Assembly (NCBI RefSeq): GCF_006345805.1
Contig: NW_021833592.1
Coordinates: 1-55,497, forward strand
From: Octopus sinensis
Taxonomy: Eukaryota
Direction of reading: 5' to 3'
Length of the DNA stretch: 55,497 nucleotides
The notes under the pieces are model-generated. The model made no database searches and was not told where the DNA came from. It saw only the letters and a program-made list of their open reading frames with translations. The position numbers and the translations under genes were made by a program. Position 1 is the first letter of the stretch; the number at the start of each line of letters is the position of its first letter. Of this stretch, positions 11,959 to 25,093 are shown piece after piece.

Positions 11959-13070
11959 AATGCCCCGATGCAGTACCAGGCAGTGGCTCTCATGGCTTCT
12001 GATCTTAACTGATTGGAAGTGTTATCATTTACATTGTTTTGTCTTGGTATAAAAGATGGACCACAGCAAATATTCTGCTCAATACCACAGATTTGCTAAT
12101 GGCCTGATGCAGTACCAGGCAGTGGCTTTCATGGCTTCTGATCTTAACTGATTGGAAGTGTTATCATGTACATTGTTTTGTCTTGGTATAAAAGATGGGC
12201 TACAGCAAATATTCTGCTTAATACCACAGATTTGCTAATGCCCTGATGCTGTACCAGGCAGTGGCTCTCATGGCTTCTGATCTTAACTGATTGGAAGTGT
12301 TATCATGTACTTTGTTTTGTCTTGGTATAAAAGATGGACCACAGCAAATATTCTGCTCAATACCACAGATTTGCTAATGCCCTGATGCTGTACCAGGCAG
12401 TGGCTCTCATGGCTTCTGATCTTAACTGATTGGAAGTGTTATCATGTACATTGTTTTGTCTTGGTGTAAAAGATGGGCTACAGCAAATATTCTGCTCAAT
12501 ACCACAGATTTGCTAATGCCCTGATGCAGTACCAGGCAGTGGCTCTCATGGCTTCTGATCTTAACTGATTGGAAGTGTTATCATGTACATTGTTTTGTCT
12601 TGGTGTAAAAGATGGGCTACAGCAAATATTCTGCTCAATACCACAGATTTGCTTGTCAGTTGTTTGACCGTAACCAGTTGAGCATGTCCCTTAGTGGCTG
12701 ACGATATGTGCATCTCTGATCACGGACAGAAGTAGTGGGGGAGCATCATAGCCATGTGTTGAGAGGGATTTTTTGGGGTTTGAATAGTTCACCTCTGGAA
12801 ACATAGGTGTTTCGTTCAACATCCTTAAACAACCCTTATTCAGGGACCTTTTGAGCGGGATGGGCTACTCAACCTGAAGAATATTTAACTGGGCCCCACC
12901 TGCAAGGTCATGTGCTGTTTATCTTGATATGAGATCACCTTGTCGCACACATATGGCTGTGATGCATGCGCCTAGTGTACCCTTATCAGATGGGTAGTCT
13001 TGATGGGTATACTGGGCTTCGTATATTTTATCCCAGTGTCACTTTGATGGCATGCACTGCTCTCTCACTC
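11959..13070 (+). mobile_element. Element T copy 2, 5' 139 bp in 5 tandem copies
   Basis: Units at 11959, 12098, 12237, 12376, 12515; body ends ctctcactc(aat)n. Confidence 0.85.
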
Positions 13071-13254
13071 AATAATAATAATAATAATAATAATCCTCTC
13101 CACTGTAGGGACAAAACCAGAAATTATGGGGAAGGGAACTAGTTGATTAAATCAGCCCCACTGTTTCATTGGTACTTAATTTATCGGCCCCTAAAGGATG
13201 AAACACAAAGTCACCTCAGTGGAGTTTAAGCTCAATAACAATAATAATAATAAC

Positions 13255-13294
<40 letters not shown>

Positions 13295-13599
13295 GAAAAG
13301 GAATATTTGTTTCTAATCCAATCACAAGGTCTGATCTTTCGTCAGGAGTGGGACTTAGTCAATGACATAGACCCCCTTCCCCCCTCCCCGTATTTGGCTA
13401 TTATTTCATTTTATCGACCACGGAGGAACGAGAGTGCAAATTTGATCTAGGAGGGATTTGAACTCGGGATGTTAAGCTGCGTAACTAAATACCACAAAGG
13501 CCCTTTTGTTTGGCCTCTCTTCTACCGTTTCTGGTGATCAATAATTTATAATCAATAACGTAGGGGTGATAATGAATCACTACAAACCTATGACATCAT

Positions 13600-14110
13600 C
13601 ATTATCATCATCATCATCATCCTCATCGTGACGAACACCACCACCGTCACCAACAACTACAAAAGCACCAACACTACCACCATCACAAACACCACTAGCT
13701 ACCATCACCATCACTACCACCTTCATCATCATCACCACCACCACCACCATCATTACTACCATCACCACCACCACCATCACCACCACAACCACCATTACCA
13801 CCACCACCACCACCACCATCATCACCACCATCACCCTTACCACCACCACCACCATCATCACCACCACCACCATCACCATTACCACCACCACCACCATCAT
13901 CACCACCACCACCATCACCATCACCATTACCACCACCACCATCATCCCTACCATCCATTATCACCACCACCCACCACCATCATCACAACCACCATTACCA
14001 CCACCACCATCATCCCTACCATCCGTTATCACCCCACCAACACCATCACCTATCACCACCATCCATCATCAACACCACCATCCACCCTCCCCTCCACCAC
14101 CACCGCTTAC
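13600..14110. repeat. (CAC/CAT)n trinucleotide low-complexity tract
   Basis: Direct reading. Confidence 0.9.
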
Positions 14111-14767
14111 ACAGCTGTGACTAATGCATTAGCAATTGCTGAAGAAATGGAAATAAAAAGGGTTTTTGTTTTTGTTGTCGCGGGGCCTTTGCTGCAGCCC
14201 CCCCACCACCACCACCACTGCTTCTAGCTCTCTGCACTATAAACCCCTTAAAACTTGAACCAGCGTGTGGTCACTGGGCATGCTAGAAACAACAGCCAAA
14301 TATTCCCTAAACCACACCTTAACATCTTGAGAGACAACAACATGGTTGTAAATATGCAAAATATAACAGGATGGTCACAGTTGGATTGCCTTTCATAAAA
14401 GGAATCATCAACCAGGTCTGAGCTGAGCATCCAAACAGTAACAAAAACTTTGAACAGGAACATACAACTTAATCTCTATGCGGTAGTTTGATTGGCTGGA
14501 AATAGCAGCCAAATCTCCCTCAAATCACGGCCTGCCCCATTGATAAGCAGTGAACAAAAAATGTGGAGTAAGAATGTCCCAGGTACACAATGATCATCAG
14601 TGGTGTCTAAGAGAAAATCAGGTTGGATGGTCATGACTGGAACCCCCTTTATTTTATGGTATTTCCATTCAAGCAGGAACTTTGAACATGAACATACAGT
14701 TGAGTCTCTGTGTGGTAGTTTGATTGGCTGGAAATGACAGCCAAATCGCAGGTTGGATGGTCAGGTT

Positions 14768-15330
14768 AGGCGGCAGCGAGCTGGCAGAAATGTTAGCACG
14801 TCGGGCGAAATGCTTACTGGTATTTCGTTTGCCGTTACGTTCTGAGTTCAAATTCCGCCAAGGTCGACTTAGCCTTTCATCCTTTCAGGGTTGATAAATT
14901 AAGTACCAGTTACGCACTGGTGTCGATGTAATCGACTTAATCCATTTGTCTGTCCTTGTTTGTCCCCTCTATGTTTAGCCCCTTGTGGGTAGTAAAGAAA
15001 TAGGTACTTCGTCTGTGTTTACGTTCTGAGTTCAAATTCCGCCGAGGTCGACTTTGCCTTTCATCCCTTCGGGGTCGATAAATTAAGTACCAGTTACGCA
15101 CTGGTGTCGATGTAATCGACTTAATCCATTTGTCTGTCCTTGTTTGTCCCCTCTATGTTTAGCCCCTTGTGGGTAGTAAAGAAATAGGTTAGATGGTCAT
15201 GGCTGGAAACCCCTTTATTTTATAAGTACCAGTTACGCACTGGGGTCGATGTAATCGACTTAATCCATTTGTCTGTCCTTGTTTGTCCCCTCTATGTTTA
15301 GCCCCTTGTGGGTAGTAAAGAAATAGGTTA
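14768..15330 (+). mobile_element. SINE family D (Nin/Deu-domain-like) with local tandem duplications
   Basis: Head ggcggcagcgagctggcagaa...gttctgagttcaaattcc; core gccgaggtcgactttgcctttcatcctttcggggtcgataaattaagtaccag; repeats at 184- and 139-bp offsets. Confidence 0.7.
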
Positions 15331-15873
15331 GATGGTCATGGCTGGAACCCCCTTTATTTTATAGTATTTCTATTCAAACAGGACTGACCTTCGGTTAAAC
15401 AACATCAATAACAACAGACCCTTAATCGAAAAAATATCCTTTGTAATAGGGTTGAAGATGATTTAGCCTTTGAACTGAAAATACAAGGTGTCCCCAAAAT
15501 ATTGACATCATTTTGTAGTCTGTCCTTGTTTGTCCCCTCTATGTTTAGCCCCTTGTGGGTAGTAAAGAAATAAGTTAGATGGTCATGGCTGGAACCCCCT
15601 TTATTTTATAGTATTTCTATTCAAACAGGACTGACCTTCGGTTAAACAACATCAATAACAACAGACCCTTAATCGAAAAAATATCCTTTGTAATAGGGTT
15701 GAAGATGATTTAGCCTTTGAACTGAAAATACAAGGTGTCCCCAAAATATTGACATCATTTTGTAGTCTAATAGCAGCCAATTTCCTCTCAAATGATCTCA
15801 AATTTTTAGAAAATGTGTAAAAACTGTGTTCGTATTGGGTGTCCTCTGTGATAAGGACAATGTGCTGTTGAAA

Positions 15874-16103
15874 TGGCCACCACATTCACCTGACTTGACA
15901 TCATGTGATTTTTTTTCCTATGGGGTTATGTGAAAGGACTGGTCTTTATCCCACATCTTCCCACAAGCCTAGAGGAACACAAGCAGAGAATCACTGAGGT
16001 GCTGGAGAGTGTTGTGCAAGACATGTTACAGTGTGTTTGACAGGAGATGGACTGTCAACTTGACGTATACCATGCCACAGGCAGTGCGCATGTTGAACGT
16101 TTG
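15874..16103 (+). pseudogene. Tc1/mariner transposase C-terminal fragment
   Basis: WPPHSPDLTSCDFF(fs)LWGYVKGLVFIPHLPTSLEEHKQRITEVLESVVQDMLQCV*QEMDCQLDVYHATGSAHVERL matches the WPPRSPDLTP.DFFLWGY.K motif. Confidence 0.8.
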
Positions 16104-19100
16104 ACATGTGTAACTTCACAGGTGGTGAGCATATTGAACATTTGTGACGTGTCGTATCACAGGTGGTGCACATATTGAATATTTGTGACGTGTCATGTCA
16201 TAGGTGGTGCATATATTGAAAATTTGTGATGTGTGTTGTGTCACAGGTGTGCATATTGAACATTTGTAACATGTGTTGTGTCACAGGTGCGCATATTGAA
16301 CATTTGTGACGTGTGTTGTGTCACAGGTGCGCATATTGAACATTTGTGACGTGTTGAGTCACAAGTGCGCATATTGAACATTTGTGACATGTGTCATGTC
16401 ACAGGTGTGCATATTGAACATTTGTGACATGTGTCATGTCACAGGTGTGCATATTGAACATTTGTGATGTGTGTCATGTCACAGGTATCCATATTGAACA
16501 TTTGTGACATGTGTCATGTCACAGGTGTGCATATTGAACATTTGTGATGTGTGTCATGTCACAGGTGCTCATATTGAACATTTGTGATGTGTGTCATGTC
16601 ACAGGTGCGCATATTGAACATTTGTGACGTGTGTCATGTCACAGGTGTGCATATTGAACATTTGTGATGTGTGTCATGTCACAGGTGTGCATATTGAACA
16701 TTTGTGACGTGTGTTGTGTCATAGGTGTGCATATTGAACATTTGTGATGTGTGTCATGTCACAGGTGCGCATATTGAACATTTGTGATGTGTGTCATGTC
16801 ACAGGTGCGCATATTGAACATTTGTGACATGTGTCATGTCACAGGTGTGCATATTGAACATTTGTGATGTGTGTCATGTCACAGGTGCGCATATTGAACA
16901 TTTGTGACGTGTGTTGTGTCATAGGTGCGCATATTGAACATTTGTGATGTGTGTCATGTCACAGGTGCGCATATTGAACATTTGTGACGTGTGTTGTGTC
17001 ATAGGTGTGCATATTGAACATTTGTGATGTGTGTCATGTCACAGGTGCGCATATTGAACATTGTGATGTGTGTGTGTCATGTCACAGGTGTGCATATGAA
17101 CATTTGTGACATGTGTCATGTCACAGGTATCCATATTGAACATTTGTGACATGTGTCATGTCACAGGTATCCATATTGAACATTTGTGACGTGTGTTGTG
17201 TCACAGGTGCGCATGTTGAACATTTGTGACGTGTGTTGTGTCATAGGTGCGCATATTGAACATTTGTGACATGTGTCATGTCACAGGTGCGCATATTGAA
17301 CATTTGTGATGTGTGTCATGTCACAGGTGTGCATATTGAACATTTGTGATGTGTGTCATGTCACAGGTGTGCATATTGAACATTTGTGACGTGTGTTGTG
17401 TCATAGGTGTGCATATTGAACATTTGTGATGTGTGTCATGTCACAGGTGCGCATATTGAACATTTGTGATGTGTGTCATGTCACAGGTGTGCATATTGAA
17501 CATTTGTGATGTGTGTCATGTCACAGGTGCGCATATTGAACATTTGTGATTTGTGTCATGTCACAGGTGCGCATATTGAACATTTGTGACGTGTGTTGTG
17601 TCATAGGTGTGCATATTGAACATTTGTGATGTGTGTCATGTCACAGGTGCGCATATTGAACATTTGTGATGTGTGTCATGTCACAGGTGTGCATATTGAA
17701 CATTTGTGATGTGTGTCATGTCACAGGTGCGCATATTGAACATTTGTGATTTGTGTCATGTCACAGGTGCGCATATTGAACATTTGTGACGTGTGTTGTG
17801 TCACAGGTGCGCATATTGAACATTTGTGACGTGTGTTGTGTCATAGGTGCGCATATTGAACATTTGTGACATGTGTCATGTCACAGGTGCGCATATTGAA
17901 CATTTGTGATGTGTGTCATGTCACAGGTGTGCATATTGAACATTTGTGATGTGTGTCATGTCACAGGTGTGCATATTGAACATTTGTGATGTGTGTCATG
18001 TCACAGGTGCGCATATTGAACATTTGTGACGTGTGTTGTGTCACAGGTGCGCATATTGAACATTTGTGACGTGTGTTGTGTCATAGGTGCGCATATTGAA
18101 CATTTGTGACATGTGTCATGTCACAGGTGCGCATATTGAACATTTGTGATGTGTGTCATGTCACAGGTGTGCATAGTGAACATTTGTGATGTGTGTCATG
18201 TCACAGGTGTGCATATTGAACATTTGTGATGTGTGTCATGTCACAGGTGCGCATATTGAACATTTGTGACGTGTGTTGTGTCACAGGTGCGCATATTGAA
18301 CATTTGTGACGTGTGTTGTGTCATAGGTGCGCATATTGAACATTTGTGACATGTGTCATGTCACAGGTGCGCATATTGAACATTTGTGACATGTGTCATG
18401 TCACAGGTATCCATATTGAACATTTGTGACATGTGTCATGTCACAGGTGTGCATATTGAACATTTGTGACCTGTGTTGTGTCATAGGTGCGCATATTGAA
18501 CATTTGTGACATGTGTCAAGTCACAGGTATCCATATTGAACATTTGTGACATGTGTCATGTCACAGGTATCCATATTGAACATTTGTGACATGTGTCATG
18601 TCACAGGTATCCATATTGAACATTTGTGACATGTGTCATGTCACAGGTGAGCATATTGAACATTTGTGATGTGTGTCATGTCACAGGTGCTCATATTGAA
18701 CATTTGTGATGTGTGTCATGTCACAGGTGCGCATATTGAACATTTGTGACGTGTGTCATGTCACAGGTGTGCATATTGAACATTTGTGATGTGTGTCATG
18801 TCACAGGTGTGCATATTGAACATTTGTGACGTGTGTTGTGTCATAGGTGTGCATATTGAACATTTGTGATGTGTGTCATGTCACAGGTGCGCATATTGAA
18901 CATTTGTGATGTGTGTCATGTCACAGGTGCGCATATTGAACATTTGTGACATGTGTCATGTCACAGGTGTGCATATTGAACATTTGTGATGTGTGTCATG
19001 TCACAGGTGCGCATATTGAACATTTGTGACGTGTGTTGTGTCATAGGGTCGCATATTGAACATTTGTGATGTGTGTCATGTCACAGGTGCGCATATTGAA

Positions 19101-21786
19101 CATTTGTGACGTGTGTTGTGTCATAGGTGTGCATATTGAACATTTGTGATGTGTGTCATGTCACAGGTGCGCATATTGAACATTTGTGATGTGTGTCATG
19201 TCACAGGTGCGCATATTGAACATTTGTGACGTGTGTCATGTCACAGGTGTGCATATTGAACATTTGTGATGTGTGTCATGTCACAGGTGTGCATATTGAA
19301 CTTTGTGACGTGTGTTGTGTCATAGGTGTGCATATTGAACATTTGTGATGTGTGTCATGTCACAGGTGCGCATATTGAACATTTGTGATGTGTGTCATGT
19401 CACAGGTGCGCATATTGAACATTTGTGACATGTGTCATGTCACAGGTGTGCATATTGAACATTTGTGATGTGTGTCATGTCACAGGTGCGCATATTGAAC
19501 ATTTGTGACGTGTGTTGTGTCATAGGGTCGCATATTGAACATTTGTGATGTGTGTCATGTCACAGGTGCGCATATTGAACATTTGTGACGTGTGTTGTGT
19601 CATAGGTGTGCATATTGAACATTTGTGATGTGTGTCATGTCACAGGTGCGCATATTGAACATTTGTGATGTGTGTCATGTCACAGGTGTGCATATTGAAC
19701 ATTTGTGACATGTGTCATGTCACAGGTATCCATATTGAACATTTGTGACATGTGTCATGTCACAGGTATCCATATTGAACATTTGTGACGTGTGTTGTGT
19801 CACAGGTGCGCATGTTGAACATTTGTGACGTATGTTGTGTCATAGGTGCGCATATTGAACATTTGTGACATGTGTCATGTCACAGGTGCGCATATTGAAC
19901 ATTTGTGATGTGTGTCATGTCACAGGTGTGCATATTGAACATTTGTGATGTGTGTCATGTCACAGGTGTGCATATTGAACATTTGTGACGTGTGTTGTGT
20001 CATAGGTGTGCATATTGAACATTTGTGATGTGTGTCATGTCACAGGTGCGCATATTGAACATTTGTGATGTGTGTCATGTCACAGGTGTGCATATTGAAC
20101 ATTTGTGATGTGTGTCATGTCACAGGTGCGCATATTGAACATTTGTGATGTGTGTCATGTCACAGGTGCGCATATTGAACATTTGTGACGTGTTGTGTCA
20201 CAGGTGCGCATATTGAACATTTGTGACGTGTGTTGTGTCATAGGTGCGCATATTGAACATTTGTGACATGTGTCATGTCACAGGTGCGCATATTGAACAT
20301 TTGTGATGTGTGTCATGTCACAGGTGTGCATATTGAACATTTGTGATGTGTGTCATGTCACAGGTGTGCATATTGAACATTTGTGATGTGTGTCATGTCA
20401 CAGGTGCGCATATTGAACATTTGTGACGTGTGTTGTGTCACAGGTGCGCATATTGAACATTTGTGACGTGTGTTGTGTCATAGGTGCGCATATTGAACAT
20501 TTGTGACATGTGTCATGTCACAGGTGCGCATATTGAACATTGTGACATGTGTCATGTCACAGGTATCCATATTGAACATTTGTGACATGTGTCATGTCAC
20601 AGGTGTGCATATTGAACATTTGTGACCTGTGTTGTGTCATAGGTGCGCATATTGAACATTTGTGACATGTGTCAAGTCACAGGTATCCATATTGAACATT
20701 TGTCACATGTGTCATGTCACAGGTATCCATATTGAACATTTGTGACATGTGTCATGTCACAGGTATCCATATTGAACATTTGTGACATGTGTCATGTCAC
20801 AGGTATCCATATTGAACATTTGTGACATGTGTCATGTCACAGGTGTGCATATTGAACATTTGTGACATGTGTTGTGTCATAGGTGCGCATATTGAACATT
20901 TGTGACATGTGTCATGTCACAGGTATCCATATTGAACATTTGTGACATGTGTCATGTCACAGGTGTGCATATTGAACATTTGTGACATGTGTTGTGTCAT
21001 AGGTGCGCATATTGAACATTTGTGACATGTGTCATGTCACAGGTATCCATATTGAACATTTGTGACTTGTGTCATGTCACAGGTGTGCATATTGAACATT
21101 TGTGACATGTGTCATGTCACAGGTATCCATATTGAACATTTGTGACATGTGTCATGTCACAGGTATCCATATTGAACATTTGTGACATGTGTCATGTCAC
21201 AGGTGTGCATATTGAACATTTGTGACATGTGTCATGTCACAGGTATCCATATTGAACATTTGTGACATGTGTCATGTCACAGGTATCCATATTGAACATT
21301 TGTGACATGTGTCATGTCACAGGTGTGCATATTGAACATTTGTGACATGTGTCATGTCACAGGTATCCATATTGAACATTTGTGACATGTGTCATGTCAC
21401 AGGTATCCATATTGAACATTTGTGACATGTGTCATGTCACAGGTGTGCATATTGAACATTTGTGACATGTGTCATGTCACAGGTATCCATATTGAACATT
21501 TGTGACATGTGTCATGTCACAGGTATCCATATTGAACATTTGTGACATGTGTCATGTCACAGGTATCCATATTGAACATTTGTGACATGTGTTGTGTCAC
21601 AGGTATCCATATTGAACATTTGTGACATGTGTCATGTCACAGGCAGTGCACATGTTGAACGTTTGTGATGTGTGTCGTTTTACAGGCAGTGTGCATAGTG
21701 ACGTGTTATATCACAGATGGTGCACATATTGAACATTTGTGACGTGTGTCGTGTCACAGGTGGTCTGCATATTGAACACTTGTGAA
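16070..21786. repeat. 40-bp minisatellite, ~140 copies (catgtcacaggtgcgcatattgaacatttgtgacgtgtgt)
   Basis: Constant 40-bp period in the core; more diverged 42-43-bp units at both edges. Confidence 0.97.
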
Positions 21787-22147
21787 GCTTTGTGAAATTG
21801 CTTACAAAAACTTCATCCCTCTGAATCTCTTCTTCAAATTTTGATAAATATATCTTATATTGTTCAACATGAAGCCTACTTAATTTCATTTGTGTCAGAC
21901 ACATAGTTACTCAGATATTCACATTTCAAATTCTGTCATTTTTGGCAGGGGGCATGCCCTGAATTTGGATATTTTTAGAATTATGGAATAATGGCACACA
22001 CCTATGATATGATTGTCTCATGTTGTCTGATGATAGCCGTATCACATTCAGGCATTCAGCTTCATTGTTCTTCCTCGCATGTGTATGGATATGACTTTTC
22101 AAGCCACCATGCATCTATAGACACAGAACTTTATAAAGCACAATATA

Positions 22148-22563
22148 GGTGCAGGAGTGGCTGTGTGGTAAGTAGCTTGTTTACCAACCACGTGGTTCCG
22201 GGTTCAGTCCCACTGCGTGGCATCTTGGGCAAGTGTCCTCTACTATAGCCTCGGTCCGACCAAAGCCTTGTGAGTGGATTTGGTAGACGGAAACTGAAAG
22301 AAGCCCATCGTATATATGTATATATATATATATATATGTGCGTGTGTGTGTTTGTGTGTCTGTGTTTGTCCCCCTAGCATTGCTTGACAACCAATGCTGG
22401 TGTGTGTTTTATATCCCCGTCACTTAGCGGTTCGGCAAAAGAGACTGATAAAATAAGTACTGGGCTTACAAAAGAATAAGTTTCGGGGTCGAGTTGCTTG
22501 ATTAAAGGCGGTGCTCCAGCATGGCCGCAGTCAAATGACTGAAACAAGTAAAAGAGTAAAAGA
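22148..22563 (+). mobile_element. Full-length SINE family A
   Basis: A-box-like tggctgtgtggt, B-box-like ggttcagtccc, internal (TA)n(TG)n, tail ...gactgaaacaagtaaaagagtaaaagagta. Confidence 0.9.
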
Positions 22564-22571
22564 GTATGGTA

Positions 22572-23683
22572 AAGACCCCCTTTAGTCATGAATGACCATG
22601 GGATTGCACCTAGGAAGTTCTTCGAGGCATGAGTCTGGGCAAGGTTGTTTATCAAAGACCAGCAGTCGCCCAAGCATCCCAGCCTCCTCTTCTCCATGCC
22701 ACTGATGTTATCCAAGGGAAAAGCAAAGGGGCCGATACAGCTTGGCACCAGTCACGTCGCAACTCATTTCTACAGCTGAGTGAACTGGAACAACGTGAAA
22801 ATAAAGTGTCTTGCTCAAGAACACAACACACAGCCCGGTCCAGGAATACATACATACATACATATATGTATATATATATATTCTGAGATCCCCTTTGGTC
22901 ACAACACAGACCATGGGATTGCACCTAGAAAGTTACCCTCCCAGGCACAAGTCCAAGCAAGATTGTTTATGGAAGACCAGAGGTCACCCGTGCATACCGG
23001 CCTCCCGTCCCTGGGGAAAGGCAAAGGGACCGATACAGCTTGGTACCTGTGACGTCACAACTCATTTCTACAGCTGAGTGTACAGGAGTAACGTGAAATA
23101 AAGTGCCTTGCTCAAGAACACAACACACAGCCCGACCTGAGATTCGAACTCACAACCTCACAATCGTAAGCTCGACACTCTAACCACTGAGCCCTGCACC
23201 TTCATGGGGTATCTAGGACTACATTAACTAATATGTCCTTCCTTGTTGATGCTGTTTAGCCCCAGGTCAGTCTCAGTCTAGCAGATTCTTGATCAATAAT
23301 GCTCCAGCTGTGGCCATCCTGTCTTATTTTCATACATAGTTTATCTAGGACTACATTATCTAATGTGTCCTTTGTTTTTGTGTCTTGCTCAAGAACACCA
23401 CACACAGCCTGGTATGGGAATTGAACCCACTTCCTCATGATTGTAAGTGACCCATACCAGCTTCCCCTTTCCATACCACTGTTGTTATCCAAGGGAAAGG
23501 CAAAGGGGCCGATACAGCTTGGCACCAGTGACATTGCAACTCATTTCTACAGCTGAGCAAACTGGAGCAATGTGAAATAAAGTGTCTTGCTCAAGAACAC
23601 AACATGTAGCCTGGTCTGGGAATCGAACTCACAACCACATGATTATGAGCCTGACATTCTAACCACTGAGCCATGTGCCTTCA
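22572..23683 (-). mobile_element. Cluster of three family B (CORE) SINE copies (~22572-22850, 22890-23203, 23385-23683)
   Basis: Each is the reverse complement of parts of 37966-38310 (ctcatttctacagctgagt...aaataaagtgtcttgctcaagaacacaac). Confidence 0.8.
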
Positions 23684-23715
23684 CCTATAAAATACAAAAT
23701 GAATCATGAAATGAA

Positions 23716-24860
23716 ATAAAATAATAATAATAATGAAATTATTGTATACAGTGCTCAGGTGCACCACAACTTGTCAAAAGTGCATATAAAGTACATGCAG
23801 TAATGTAGAAATGTCTGGAAAGCGAACAGTGTATGAGTCAGATACATGCTTGCGTGTGTATGGAGGGGAGAAAATCAGGTGTAGTATTGGTGAATCTCTC
23901 AGGAAGCATGGAAGTTTTGAAGGATGCAGTGCTCCGACAACTAACAACTGATGCCGGCAGTTTGTTCCATGCTTCAGCGTGTGTATGGAGGGGAGAAGAT
24001 CAGGTGTAGCGTTGGCGAATCTCAGGAAGCATGGAAGTTTTGAAGGATGCAGTGCTCCGACAACTAACAACTGATGCCAGCAGTTTGTTCCATGCTTCAG
24101 CGTGTGTATGGAGGGGAGAAAATCAGGTGTAGTATTGGCGAATCTCTCAGGAAGCATGGAAGTTTTGAAGAATGCAGTGCTCCGACAACTAACAACTGAT
24201 GCCGCAGTTTGTTCCATGCTTCAGCGTGTGTATGGAGGGGAGAAGATCAGGTGTAGCGTTGGCGAATCTCAGGAAGCATGGAAGTTTTGAAGGATGCAGT
24301 GCTCCGACAACTAACAACTGATGCCAGCAGTTTGTTCCATGCTTCAGCGTGTGTATGGAGGGGAGAAAATCAGGTGTAGTATTGGCGAATCTCTCAGGAA
24401 GCATGGAAGTTTTGAAGAATGCAGTGCTCCGACAAGTAACAACTGATGCCGGCAGTTTGTTCCATGCTTCAGCGTGTGTATGGAGGGGAGAAGATCAGGT
24501 GTAGCGTTGGCGAATCTCAGGAAGCATGGAAGTTTTGAAGGATGCAGTGCTCCGACAACTAACAACTGATGCCAGCAGTTTGTTCCATGCTTCAGCGTGT
24601 GTATGGAGGGGAGAAAATCAGGTGTAGTGTTGGCGAATCTCAGAAAGCATGGAAGGTTTGAAGGATGCAGTGCTCCGACAACTAACAACTGATGCCGGCA
24701 GTTTGTTCCATGCTTCAGCAACCCTCAGCGTGAAAAAATGTTTCCTAAAGTCATGGGAGCTGTGCTGTTTTCTGACTTTGTAAATATGTCCACGGGTGTT
24801 AGACGGGTGAAGTTCGAAAAGGTGCTCAGAGTTATTGTTTGTAAGATGGTTGATAAATGA
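23716..24860 (-). mobile_element. CR1-like LINE 3' end with a 7-unit 123-125-bp internal array
   Basis: Reverse complement of 46395-46790; units at 23853, 23978, 24101, 24225, 24348, 24473, 24596; (ATT)n tail at 23716-23735. Confidence 0.85.
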
Positions 24861-25093
24861 TAGTGAGAAAACTGTACGTCATTGGATTTAAGGGGTCAGA
24901 CCTTGTACAACACTTTGGCCCCTCTCTTTTGGCATCAGGATGATGTGGACACCTCTGATGAGAACCCAAAAAGGTTCAAAAATTGATTAAGTTAAGATTG
25001 TTCATCATTTTTCAGTCTGTGGAGAAATGGCTAATATTTGCCCTGTTTATAATTATACCACATGGGTAAAACTAATTAATAATTTTACTAAGT

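Larger units (their letters stand above)
15729..21965 (+). mobile_element. Internally deleted Tc1/mariner-superfamily remnant hosting the 40-bp satellite
   Basis: Left end tacaaggtgtccccaaaatattgacatcattttg; transposase C-terminal fragment; degenerate possible right TIR near 21925-21962. Confidence 0.6.

Noticed and set aside
13580-14227. Poly-His ORF
   Set aside because: (CAC/CAT)n tract with no splice or domain evidence.
16070-21786. 40-bp partly palindromic repeats as a CRISPR array
   Set aside because: Units are contiguous with no unique spacers, there are no cas genes, the context is eukaryotic and the unit derives from a transposase end.
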